A stretch of 63,796 bases of DNA, filler included, from Licmophora abbreviata (Eukaryota), in NCBI GenBank assembly GCA_900291995.1. It is 14 parts of 14 records of this genome, joined end to end, with 100 filler letters (N's around TTAATTAATTAA, not from the genome) between each part and the next. Parts side by side here need not be neighbours in the genome. Positions count along the whole stretch, not along the records: positions 28,027 to 35,511 come from OLMU01005725.1; positions 35,612 to 41,732 come from OLMU01005726.1; positions 41,833 to 52,704 come from OLMU01005727.1; 11 more parts are not named here. One strand, written 5' to 3'. Each line of letters begins with the position of its first letter. Position 1 is the stretch's first letter. Below the pieces are notes generated by a model, which worked only from the letters and a program-made list of their open reading frames with translations, made no database searches and was not told where the DNA came from. The position numbers were made by a program, and so were the translations under genes. This document shows, one piece after another, positions 33,965 through 44,400 of this stretch.

Positions 33965-35281
33965 ATGACTCGCATAATGGTCGCTTGCTGCCTAATCCTG
34001 ACTCTTCTTCTTATCGCTGTCGATTTGACCGATTCACTCCAAGCCCGGATGACTGGCTATTCGTTGCGAGAATATCCTGGTGCGATGTGTCTTGATGGGA
34101 CGCCGGGAATGTACTATCATTTTCCTGGAACTGGCGACGGAATTTCTAAATGGTACATTGAAATGCAGGGGGGAGGCTGGTGCGGAGACTTTGATCACTG
34201 TCTTGACAGAGCCGACACGCAACACGGCTCGTCGTCAACATGGCCCCCGCTTCAGACTGTGCACACTCCATTCTTCAGTGACGACCCGAAGGAGAACTCG
34301 CTTTTGCACAACTGGAATAAGGTCTACTTTCGTTATTGTGATGGCTTTGGTTTTTCAGGAAACGTATCGGACCCTGTGGAACGAGGTGGTGCGATTCTCC
34401 ATATGCGCGGACACACTATCCTGGAGGCAGGGATTGATGATATGCTTCACAAGAGAGATCTTTGGCAAGCGACGGACGTTGTAGTGGGTGGATGCAGTGC
34501 CGGCGGCTTGGCAACGTTTTGGCATTGCGATCGTTGGGCGGAGCGGATTCAGCGATATTCGCCTGCAGTCAAAGTGGCATGTGCCCCGCAGTCGGGGTTC
34601 TTCATGAACTATAAGGGTAAATCGGACCGTCCCACCTACAATGACCTGATGAAGGAAGCCTTTGAGTTTCATCAACCAGTCTTGTCCCACAACTGTCTGG
34701 ACAAGGAGCAGTCTAGCCCCTTAAAGTGTGTCTTTGCCGAAAATGCCGTCCAGTACATGACGACCCCCGTCTTCGTTATGCAGCCTATCTTCGATTCTTG
34801 GGCTAGAGGGGCGATTCGTCTCAGCGATAACGATCCGATCGAAATCAACAAATTTGGGGTCAGTGTAGTCGAACGTGTTCTTTCCACTGTCATGGACAGT
34901 AGTGCGACTAGTGATCAGAACGGTGTCTTTTTGGATTCTTGCAAGAGACACTGCGGCGGATACGATGTACGGATTGGTGGCACAAGCAAGACTGAGGCTT
35001 TGGCAAAGTGGTATAAGCGGGAAGCGCAGAAGAGCGTTTACGTGCAACACGAAGAGTATAACTGTGAAGTATGCTGCGATGCCTCTTTGGGGCCGCTCCC
35101 TCCTTCGAGTTCGCCTAGTGTTTCTACGCCATCGTCTGTTTGGCCGACGTATGAGCCTCTGGAAGTGGATCCTTTTCTTGAAGGAGTACATGTCTCAAAC
35201 GGACGTCGTACGGGGAGTAGTGGTACCGCTGCATCCCTCATGTTACTTTTGGTAGTTTTGATGTCGTCCGTGCTTGAGTGA
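33965..35281 (+). CDS. Pectinacetylesterase / Notum-family secreted esterase, probably GPI-anchored
   Basis: Signal peptide; CLDGTPG.Y, QGGGWC, NWNKVYFRYCDG, nucleophile GCSAGG, FDSW and DSCKRHC. Ser/Pro linker and C-terminal hydrophobic tail. Confidence 0.93.
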   Translation: MTRIMVACCLILTLLLIAVDLTDSLQARMTGYSLREYPGAMCLDGTPGMYYHFPGTGDGISKWYIEMQGGGWCGDFDHCLDRADTQHGSSSTWPPLQTVHTPFFSDDPKENSLLHNWNKVYFRYCDGFGFSGNVSDPVERGGAILHMRGHTILEAGIDDMLHKRDLWQATDVVVGGCSAGGLATFWHCDRWAERIQRYSPAVKVACAPQSGFFMNYKGKSDRPTYNDLMKEAFEFHQPVLSHNCLDKEQSSPLKCVFAENAVQYMTTPVFVMQPIFDSWARGAIRLSDNDPIEINKFGVSVVERVLSTVMDSSATSDQNGVFLDSCKRHCGGYDVRIGGTSKTEALAKWYKREAQKSVYVQHEEYNCEVCCDASLGPLPPSSSPSVSTPSSVWPTYEPLEVDPFLEGVHVSNGRRTGSSGTAASLMLLLVVLMSSVLE

Positions 35282-35611
35282 GAGGTTTTGCGGGCTGGCC
35301 CAAGAATGGCGAGAGGGTAGCTAACGCTCATTCATTAGCTAGAACGTTTCATACCCACAATCTAGTAGTCCGTTGACGACTCTATCGACCTCGCCTTTTG
35401 TGCTGAAATGGATACTTCACGATGTATAGGCGCTGTACACCTGTACCGAAGAATGGGTTCTGTCGAGTGCTTCTGTTTTAGGCGATGTGACGGCCTTTGT
35501 TGCTCTGTTGGNNNNNNNNNNNNNNNNNNNNNNNNNNNNNNNNNNNNNNNNNNNNTTAATTAATTAANNNNNNNNNNNNNNNNNNNNNNNNNNNNNNNNN
35601 NNNNNNNNNNN

Positions 35612-35777
35612 CTCCTTTGACCCGTGCGAAACTTTTGGTGGCCGCGCGAGGTCTTCGCTCCAAACCTCGCGCAGGCGATTGTTGAAGAGCCAGTCGAGTT
35701 AGTCAAGAGTGGCATCGACCGCGACGACCAAAAGCTCCGCATAACTTTCGAGCTTGACAACTGTCATGGAGGATGAC
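35612..35777 (+). CDS. Possible 3' end of an unknown gene lying mostly in the gap
   Basis: Open frame from the gap edge: ...VRNFWWPREVFAPNLAQAIVEEPVELVKSGIDRDDQKLRITFELDNCHGG*. Protein-like but no motif recognised. Confidence 0.35.
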
Positions 35778-36014
35778 GGCTGTGGCTTGAACGCAAGATC
35801 AACGAGGAATCACCGCACTGGGGTCATCTGTTTCGATCATGCTAGGCTTAAGACCTCTACTTTTGGTGGAGGAACTGTGAGACTAAGGCAGTTTTGCATA
35901 CAAATTTGAGAAACTCTCAAGTCTCAGGAATTTCGGCACTTCACCGACGTCTCCGATCTAGTAGGACGAGACCACCGACAGAAAAGTATGCTCACAATTT
36001 TGAGAGGCTGAGCC

Positions 36015-37126
36015 ATGCTTTCAACAATCCGAAGTGCAGTCTCGAGATTCAGCATGAAGCAAGTCTCGGAATTCTCGACTGTTCCCTTCGTGGTACACTC
36101 TTCCTTTCGCGACTATCTAGGCAAACGACTGCGCCCTCATGGTTTGGAATGGGGCATGGACGGCGACTCGCATGTAGCTTACCTGGTGTCTGACGATAGC
36201 ATCACTGTGCCAGACTTGACTGATCCTCGTGTCTCAAGAGGCATCATCGAGGCTCACAATCGATGGTGCTTTGCCAAAGGCCTGCCTTTTCGGACGGTCG
36301 ACGACATTCAGACCTTGTCGCGCCGTGGCAAACAAGGACATGTCGTTGTAGACTGGAAAAATACTCCCCGACGCGTTGAACACACACACTACTACCAAGG
36401 TACCAGTCGTGAAGATATCGTCACCAAAGACGAAGCTTGTAGGGACAAAGGTGCGCCGGCCGAAGTATGGATCAACGGACTGTTTGTCTCCGTGTTGGAC
36501 GGTCCAGAGACGCTCCCACCTGTACTGCATGCCATTGAAGGTGTTACTAGTGCCAAGCTGTGTCTTCGACGGTCCGAGGGCTTGATTCGTATCGAGCGAT
36601 ACTTCAATGGCTATCTTCGTGGTCGCGTTCAAGTGTTTGATCATGTCATGGACAATCTTATTGCACTGGAGGACCCGCAAATTCTGGACCATCAGACTTT
36701 GATTGGGACTGCGACACTGCCCGACTGGATCATGGGAGGTACGTATGCGTGATGATGACCCATGGTATACCAGTGTGCAGATGCAGCGAAAGTTGACATT
36801 CTACCGTTTCTTCTTTCCCATGTACAGGAAACCTTACGAGTCGGCTGTGGATTCGACAACTCAGCAATGGAAACGTCCGCTTTCTGCGCCCCCTTCGCAA
36901 TGACGACGTCAACAGCTCGGATCGCAAGTTTGAGCTAGTCAAGGGACAAGACGACGAGTGGATTCATCAGGTCGAGAACGAGCTGGAGCGACTTCGTCGT
37001 CTGGGGGAGCTCGAGCACCCGTTCGTGGCGGAAAATGTCGAGACGTCTACGAAGGACGATGACGTGATGAAAGTCAAGAAGAAACTGGCGCTTAATCGTA
37101 AACGTCGCAAGTTTTTTGGGATGTGA
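36015..37126 (+). CDS. Hypothetical protein, possibly mitochondrion-targeted
   Basis: MLSTIRSAVSRFS resembles a mitochondrial presequence. Intron 36739-36827 (GTACGT...CAG) extends the ORF to ...KKLALNRKRRKFFGM* (TGA 37124-37126). Confidence 0.7.
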
Positions 37127-37206
37127 GGTAGCCTAGTTGAAAAAAATCACTCTAGCCAAGTATCATTACATGTACAATTGCGCCTCGTATAACGCACGCC
37201 CTTAGT

Positions 37207-40200
37207 CTAGGATTTCGCTTTTTCGTGTTTCTCTTCAGAATCAGCTCTTTGGGAACGTTTGTTCTTTTCTCTTGAGAATGGCTTCCGTCTCTTATGTTTC
37301 GAATCTTTTCCGTTTTTCTTACGCCGATCTTCGATCTCCAAGGCGATCTGAGCTTCTATCTGTCGTTGCTCTTCAATCTGCAGTTGCAGTTCATACTCCT
37401 TTGTTTCGGCTTCCTGGATGGCTGAAAAGGATCCCGCACGCTCCTTTCGCTCGATAAACCACTTGCCTTCCACTCCGTAGCTCTTGTGCTGCTTTTCCCG
37501 GAAGGCTTCTTCCTCTTGCTGAATTGCATGAAGGCCTTTTGGTCGGTGTGTCGTAGCTGAAGCCGCTTTCTTAGCGGGCGAAGCGGACCACGGTGGGGTC
37601 ACAATCTTCTCTGACTTCGAGGGTGGCGACGGTATAAAATCTCCAAGTGAGTGGGATTTTCTTCTAGGATTCGCAGTGAATGTAGAGAACGAGACGCTCT
37701 CCGGCGACGATGCCGCAACACGAGCAACTGGTGACGCCCATGGTGGCAACTTGAGAGGAGGTAACGATCCCGGAGAAGGCAAGGTACGAGGTGCGGTGGG
37801 AGATCTCGAGGGTGGGCTGGCCGTTGAGCTCAACTTCTTCGCTTCTTCGTCGACAATACCTTGGAAGTCTAGTTTCGGTGCGCGTGCCGCAGATTTAGGA
37901 CCTACAGCCCAGTTGACCTTGCAAGCGCGTGATGAAATAGCATTTGAGCCGTCTCTAGAGACCGGAAAATGCGGTGGGGGTGGAAGCCGATATCTCGGCT
38001 GGGCACTTGAACCCCATGCATCCTTCTGTCCCCGTTTTGGCGATTGAAGTCGAGTGGGTACGCGTCCTTCTACTAGGGCTTGACGGTGCTTCTCAGCCAT
38101 GATGGAATCCGCAGCTTGCTTGCATTCCGATTCTTCTGATTGTAGAACACGGTTCCTGTGCTTTCTCCCGCTCCTGTGCAATGCCAGACTTTTGGCATCT
38201 GGGCATGTGACCGAGCAAATCTCGCAACGGAGAACCTGTGCTGCGCGGTGCTCTTTGTCCTGTTCTTCGGGATGCGACGATTCTGAGGTGTGACTTTCCG
38301 AGGGACACGGCTCGGACTTCTTCTTAGCATGGGCAGGCGCCACATCTTCGGGCACCCTGTAGGCTAGAGTTTTCTGTTCTAGACCGAGCTCTTGTGTCTG
38401 CGCTTCTACTTTCATCATCGCCTGCTCTAACATCGCGAGATCGGCCTCCAGCAGTGGCTTCCGCGTAAGCTTTTCCCTTTGCTCGATTGTCAAAGAGTTT
38501 GGGTTGGCATCGCCCAGACGAGCAATTTGACCTAGCCGCTTTCGTACACTGCGGATTTCTTTCATAAGCGAGCAGGACTTGGACCTTACATTCTCAGGCG
38601 TCTTCAGCATCATGTTAGCCGTTAGCATCAAGCATCGCTCCGAGCAAGTCACAAATGAGCCTGGCATTGCCTTTGTAGCCGAATGGAACGTCACGCCCGG
38701 TTTCTGCTCATCGCCTTCAGCCTGTATTGATAGTGCCCGGTTGCGACCATGGCTTCCCATGGAGTTTCGAGTGCTGCCGTGGCGCGGCCCACGGTAAAGA
38801 GACCAAATTGACGGTGGTAGACCATCCAATAGATTATCACAAGCACCTAGCCAAGCCTGGGCGTCAGCCTCTTCGTAGCGGGACGAGCATCCCGCCGTTA
38901 CAAGTCTGAATATCAAAGGATGATGATTGAGATCGCACGCACTCATTTCAGACAAATGAGAGCCATCAGCGAGCTGCTCGTGGAGAAATGTGTTCATTTC
39001 GCTCTTCCTTCCAAGCGTCATAACTCCGTCGAGATTCTTACGAACAAAATCATTGCAGTATCGCTTCAGCAGCGAGCTTTCCACACGATGCGCCATCACA
39101 AGGACCGGGATGATGTTGAACAAATCAACGTGTTGGGCCACTTCCCGAGCAGCGCGAGCCTCCAAGGAGCAGGACTCATCGACGCGCGGAACAGGCGGAA
39201 ACGAAGTGCCAATGAGAAGAACGGTGTGCTCCTTTGCACACGCAAGACCTACTGCTCGATGTACGCCAGGAATCCTCTTTGGAGTCGGCTGCCAACGGCG
39301 GTCTTGGTGTCCTAGCACATCCGTGCCTTGTGAGACGCCCCAACTGAAAACGTGGCCCGTCGATGTGACTACTGCTGTATGGTGCTCTGAGGCCGACACC
39401 GACACGACCCTACCGCCGCCGTTCTCCGGAAGCATGCCTTCGACGAGCTGAGGCGAACCAATAATGGACGGGGAGACATCCCGTGATCCTCGAGTTCCAA
39501 GAGACTCGGCAGAGATGCCGAACGTATAGACTCGCCCATCATCCGTGATGACCGCGTTGTGATACTTAGCACAAGCAATAGCGACAGGGTTCGCCCGGCG
39601 ATCGCGTCGGTGCAGGCTAGCATCGTGAGTCTGCGTGGACGCCTTGTCATCCGCAAAGTTCGCCTTGATAGGACGATGGTTTCCGTGTCCCCAGGAATAG
39701 ACGGAATTGACGGGGAGAGCACGATTGCCGACGGGGCTCACGATAACAAGCGTCGACTGTTCTGACGCCGCAATGTCGACAACGACCTTACGCGGCTGCG
39801 CCTTCCACAAGGAGTCGACACGTTGCACCGCGCCAACTCGTCGTCCCAATCGACCGAGTTGACCTGAACAATTATCTCCAAAGGTAAATACCTCACCGAT
39901 ACGGCCCAATGCAACGGAGTGCTTATCGCCGGCCGCAACCCTGACGCATGGTATGTTTCGCAAGCCTTCGACTCGTCGGGGCGAGAATGAACGACTTCCA
40001 CCCCCGTCTTCCATCGAAGTGCCGTTTGCAGTTGCATTCGATACTCCCAACTGCCCGAATCGATTGCTGCCAAAGCCATATACATTACCATCTTGTGTGC
40101 AACAAAGCGAATGATTGACTGCGGCCGCAACATGAATCACCTTTCGCTTCGTGAGGGAGCCCAGAACCCGTGTGAAGGAGACTCGATTCCTGTCGTCTCC

Positions 40201-41214
40201 TGTTCCGAGCCTTCCCCCTTTGTTTAATCCACAAGCGTATAAATGGCCTTCGCGAGTCACCACCATCGAGTGGTGGGCAGCGGCATCCACCTGGACGGCT
40301 GAATTCGCGACTCCGACTTGGGAAAGCGCAAATTCGGCAACTCGTTGGGGATGTGACGCCGTCGCGTCCGAGCGGGGAACGCCGAGAGCGCAGTGATTAG
40401 CTCGACCAAACGTGAGAACTTCGCAACCATGAATAACCAATGCAGAAGAGCCAGAATCATCTTCTTCGTACTCGCGGTCGCCGTGAAGCAAATGCAAGCC
40501 GCGAGTGAGGAGCGACAACTCACTGTCTGGGTCCTGATCTTCGTCCTCAAGTGAGTACACAGATGAGGACCGTCTACGACTCGACTGAAGCTGTACCTGG
40601 GAATGCCGTGATGCAAGGGATATTCGGCAAGCGGCAAGGGTGCCCGTTTGCAAGTTCCCCATTAGCTGCAACGGTGTTAGTCCCTCATGATCCATCGCCT
40701 GCACCATGCGTCGCACCAAGCATTGGTCGACCGAGTGTTCATCCTGTAGCAACTGCATGGGACGATGCTTCAGACGTTCCTGCCCAGTACCGAACAATGT
40801 AAAACCATTGACGGCACTCGCACTCGAGACCGCTTGACGCAAGAGGAGAAGAATACCTGCCAGATTCCCATCGAAAATAGCGCCATGGAGGGGTGTATAT
40901 CCATTTTCTATATCGCTTTGCAGGCAAAGACGATCCTGGATTGAGACCCTTCCCGGCTCATTCGAATCTCGCGCTTGAGAGTCCAACCAGGCACCACGCT
41001 GCAAAAGTGACTGGGCCAGCGCCATCGAGTCAGGTGTATCGATGGAGTGCAGAAAAGACTTGCCTCGGGCATCTTTGAGGCTCGTAACGATTCGAAAGAG
41101 CTCCTCAGCCGCCCACGTTTCCCCTGAATGGATCGATGACGTTTGATTCGATCCACCAATTTCGATTCCTGACCCTCCCGATGAACTCCGATGCCGCACC
41201 ATGGGACGAGGCAT
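37207..41214 (-). CDS. Ankyrin + RCC1-repeat + C2H2 zinc-finger protein (IBTK-like architecture)
   Basis: Ankyrin DIENGYTPLHGAIFDGN; multiple RCC1 repeats (HSMVVTREGHLYACG..GRLG, HSLCCTQDGNVYGFGSNRFGQLG); BACK-like LKRYCNDFVRKNLD; zinc finger CEICSVTC...HRSGRKH; LHAIQQEEE tail motifs. First ATG at 41214. Confidence 0.9.
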   Translation of the reverse strand: MPRPMVRHRSSSGGSGIEIGGSNQTSSIHSGETWAAEELFRIVTSLKDARGKSFLHSIDTPDSMALAQSLLQRGAWLDSQARDSNEPGRVSIQDRLCLQSDIENGYTPLHGAIFDGNLAGILLLLRQAVSSASAVNGFTLFGTGQERLKHRPMQLLQDEHSVDQCLVRRMVQAMDHEGLTPLQLMGNLQTGTLAACRISLASRHSQVQLQSSRRRSSSVYSLEDEDQDPDSELSLLTRGLHLLHGDREYEEDDSGSSALVIHGCEVLTFGRANHCALGVPRSDATASHPQRVAEFALSQVGVANSAVQVDAAAHHSMVVTREGHLYACGLNKGGRLGTGDDRNRVSFTRVLGSLTKRKVIHVAAAVNHSLCCTQDGNVYGFGSNRFGQLGVSNATANGTSMEDGGGSRSFSPRRVEGLRNIPCVRVAAGDKHSVALGRIGEVFTFGDNCSGQLGRLGRRVGAVQRVDSLWKAQPRKVVVDIAASEQSTLVIVSPVGNRALPVNSVYSWGHGNHRPIKANFADDKASTQTHDASLHRRDRRANPVAIACAKYHNAVITDDGRVYTFGISAESLGTRGSRDVSPSIIGSPQLVEGMLPENGGGRVVSVSASEHHTAVVTSTGHVFSWGVSQGTDVLGHQDRRWQPTPKRIPGVHRAVGLACAKEHTVLLIGTSFPPVPRVDESCSLEARAAREVAQHVDLFNIIPVLVMAHRVESSLLKRYCNDFVRKNLDGVMTLGRKSEMNTFLHEQLADGSHLSEMSACDLNHHPLIFRLVTAGCSSRYEEADAQAWLGACDNLLDGLPPSIWSLYRGPRHGSTRNSMGSHGRNRALSIQAEGDEQKPGVTFHSATKAMPGSFVTCSERCLMLTANMMLKTPENVRSKSCSLMKEIRSVRKRLGQIARLGDANPNSLTIEQREKLTRKPLLEADLAMLEQAMMKVEAQTQELGLEQKTLAYRVPEDVAPAHAKKKSEPCPSESHTSESSHPEEQDKEHRAAQVLRCEICSVTCPDAKSLALHRSGRKHRNRVLQSEESECKQAADSIMAEKHRQALVEGRVPTRLQSPKRGQKDAWGSSAQPRYRLPPPPHFPVSRDGSNAISSRACKVNWAVGPKSAARAPKLDFQGIVDEEAKKLSSTASPPSRSPTAPRTLPSPGSLPPLKLPPWASPVARVAASSPESVSFSTFTANPRRKSHSLGDFIPSPPSKSEKIVTPPWSASPAKKAASATTHRPKGLHAIQQEEEAFREKQHKSYGVEGKWFIERKERAGSFSAIQEAETKEYELQLQIEEQRQIEAQIALEIEDRRKKNGKDSKHKRRKPFSREKNKRSQRADSEEKHEKAKS

Positions 41215-41871
41215 GAGGAAATTCAATGACTGAAATACCAGGTACGGTTCCTGGAAAGTAAAATTAGCAACTGTGGGTCGTCTCAGACTGTTCTAGCGTC
41301 ATCGACAATTCATCCAGCCTCTGCAGGATGCCACCAACGACTTGGCAATGCCTCTTGGGCCCGAGATTCAGCCAGAAGATTCAAAGAGTTGAGTTTGCTC
41401 ACGCCAGTCAACTGTGATCGATTGCTGTGTCTTCCTTCGCGCCAGGTTCTTCTCAACTCAGTTTCTCTAAGTTCTGAATTCAGGAACTCAGATACCGATG
41501 TCTTCGGTAATGAAGTAAATTGGTATGCTAAAAGAATCTCTTCAACACGACGTGATGTATGTACTCGTAGGTCGCGTTGAAGGCTCCACGTGGCAATAAT
41601 TTCGCACCCCGATGTTGAAGCGTCAGCACTTTGGCGCCAAAATTTGGATTGCTCTGGGTTCCATGGCATGACACAATCAAAACAGACTGCAGACCACCAC
41701 TGGACTCCAAGTCCAAACTTACCGTTGCTATCNNNNNNNNNNNNNNNNNNNNNNNNNNNNNNNNNNNNNNNNNNNNTTAATTAATTAANNNNNNNNNNNN
41801 NNNNNNNNNNNNNNNNNNNNNNNNNNNNNNNNCCAAGTCCAAACTTACCGTTGCTATCGTTGGTGGAAGTC

Positions 41872-42447
41872 ATGTCACCGACTAAGCGAAGAAGCATGAA
41901 ACATTCGTTTGGGGCTGGTCTTTTGCTTTCAGCTTTCTCCGTCACGGCTCGCGCTGCGTTTCTCGTCGGGCCGTCCCGTACGTGCCATCAGAGTCGACAC
42001 TCCTCGGCGGCGGCGCCTTTGTTCCTATCTTCATCTGATGACCACGACACGAAAGAAACTCTCGATTTCACCAATTTCAATCCCTTTCAGCAAGGATCTC
42101 CCACTGGGCGACACCACCCTTTGGAATCATCGGCTGGAAACGCCAACACTATTTCGTTGCGGCAAACCGAAATGCAGCAAGTCATGGGTGAACTAATCGA
42201 GGTGGTCCGTCAAGGAGACGAAGCTGTTAATGAGGTGCTGCTGAAACACAAAGAGTTCATATTGGAACCGCTAGAAGATGACAATGCCGTATTAGAAATC
42301 GACAGCATATATACACCGCAGATGACTCGGACCGAACGGTATATAGCGTATGGCAACACTATGCAAGAGCGAGTGGATAAAGCCCGTGATCCCCACGCGA
42401 AAAGAGTGCTTAAGAGTATGATGAAGTTTGTTCTGAGCTATGAGTAG
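41872..42447 (+). CDS. Hypothetical plastid-targeted protein
   Basis: Signal peptide ending ARA-AF, Ser-rich transit region, then a helical domain. Start is ATG 41872 or 41896. Confidence 0.7.
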   Translation: MSPTKRRSMKHSFGAGLLLSAFSVTARAAFLVGPSRTCHQSRHSSAAAPLFLSSSDDHDTKETLDFTNFNPFQQGSPTGRHHPLESSAGNANTISLRQTEMQQVMGELIEVVRQGDEAVNEVLLKHKEFILEPLEDDNAVLEIDSIYTPQMTRTERYIAYGNTMQERVDKARDPHAKRVLKSMMKFVLSYE

Positions 42448-43062
42448 GGGGATAGGAAGTTGGAAGTGGAAGTTTGGAAGATGACTGCTGGCCGTCCTCG
42501 GAGCTTCGTTCGCTGGCACCGGCAGGGCGTCATCTCTACTGTTTCTAGCACTATGCCGCATTCTGCGATCGAAATCAATTCATTCCCTTATTGGCTTTTC
42601 GTCGTTACATCCAAGCACGACGATTGCCATCAGAGCATCAAGGCTTCTCAATCCATGTATTTTGACGCCGCGATTGAGTTCTCAGGTCAAAACACTCAAT
42701 CTCTGTACATACTCATACGACACCATCGGAAAAGGTAGGTCGCAATGGCCTTTTGGTTGGTGGTTCGATTTAAACGTTACAATAGTAATTGCGAGTACTA
42801 TGCTTCGTACTAAAGTAGAATTTACAGTTGCCGGTCGAACAGTCCGTCGTTTCGAATCCAGCCCGAGGCATGTATCGCTGTTTCTGCTTCCACGTGGAGA
42901 CATACTGGTACGAGGATTTTCCATCAGAAGAGAGGTTTTCGTCCTCTTCCGTCATCGACCGCGTCACATTCAACTTTCAACATTCAACAGTATCGATCGT
43001 CACATCATCCCATGACTTTGCGTGCTGCCAGAAGATCCATTGCCGTGCTACAATTCCTCGAT

Positions 43063-44062
43063 ATGAAGTTTTCAATCGCGTTGACACTACTTTGGGCAAG
43101 TCTGACGACTTCTTATGCCTTTGCGCCTCACTTTTCCCGCGAATCTTTCGTACGCGTGCCACCGACACGACTGTGCTCTGCCACAACCGACGAAGACTTG
43201 GGCTTGACGCCGGAACTGCAGCGCATGACCCAAGCATTCGAGAATATTGGGGATGACAAGCTGCGCTACAAACAGCTTTTGTACATGGCGAGCCAACTGG
43301 AAGCGGCTCCGGAAGAAATCATGATCAACGAAAACAAAGTTCCCGGATGTCTGTCAACTGTATTCATTGATGGCACAGCGACGTATGACGACGACAAACA
43401 GGGGCATGTCATAAATTATGTCGGAGATTCTGATGGATTACTGACCAAGGGACTGGTAGCTTTGTTGATTCGGTACGTTCGGTTTGAGTGCCACTGTGGC
43501 TCATGCCTCCTCGTCAATGTATCACACTCATGAATCGGTTCTATATATCTTCATTGGCAGCGGCCTCTCGGGTTGTACAGCGGAAGACATTCAGAAGGTA
43601 GACCCTGCATTCATTGAAAAGGCCAAGATATCACAGAGCTTGACTCCCGGTCGCAACAATGGATTTCTCAACATGCTCAACGTCATGAAGAAAAAGGCAC
43701 TTGCGCTGGAGCAGAAAGCGTTTGAGAGTGGAGACAAGCCGAGCAGCGGCAAGGATGAGACAGCCTTGGACGATACAGAAGATTCGGACCGACCCATGTA
43801 CGATAGTATGATGAAAGCATTGCAGCAGCTGAAACCAACAAAGATTGAACTCACTGACAATTCGCATCAGCACGCGGGACATGCCGGCAGCAAGGGGTTC
43901 AATGGCGAGTCGCACTTTGACCTCGAAATTGTGGCGGATGCATTCGAGGGACTGAATCTAGTCAAGCGGCACCAGCTCATATACATGCTACTGGGTGATG
44001 TCATGCCCAAGATTCATGCTTTACAAATACGAGCCAATACCCCGGACGAAGTAGCAGATTAG
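43063..44062 (+). CDS. sufE: Plastid SufE-BolA fusion (Fe-S cluster assembly, SUFE1-like)
   Basis: SYA-FAP plastid motif. SufE: RYKQLLYMA, NKVPGCLSTV, GDSDGLLTKGLVALL, LTPGRNNGFLNM. BolA: DNSHQHAGH, ESHFDLEIV, LVKRHQLIY, IHAL. Intron 43473-43560. Confidence 0.95.
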
Positions 44063-44400
44063 CCAGTCATAGGCTCGCGAAACGTACACGTACTCTACGA
44101 ATTGTGGTTCTTGAACAGTCACTAAAGTTGCAATCTTCTTAGATAACCCTTTAACACTCGCCACCATTCTGTTATGAAGCAACATTACATTTTGCGTCGA
44201 TATTATGATACCTTTCAGTAGGAAGCTTCGTAAGATCCCATTCTCATTGAAGCTGGCGAGTACTTCCTACACCCATAACCCATTTCGAAACGTGAATCGC
44301 GATGCATCGCCGGTCATCAGGCGAAGATCCGCGCAGCACAGTTCCAAATTTCGTCGCCTTTGAGCCGTCAGGTCTTCGCTCTTCGATCGCCTTATTCACA

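Noticed and set aside
42460..43015. Short ORFs on both strands between the plastid gene and SufE
   Set aside because: No consistent spliced model or recognisable domain.
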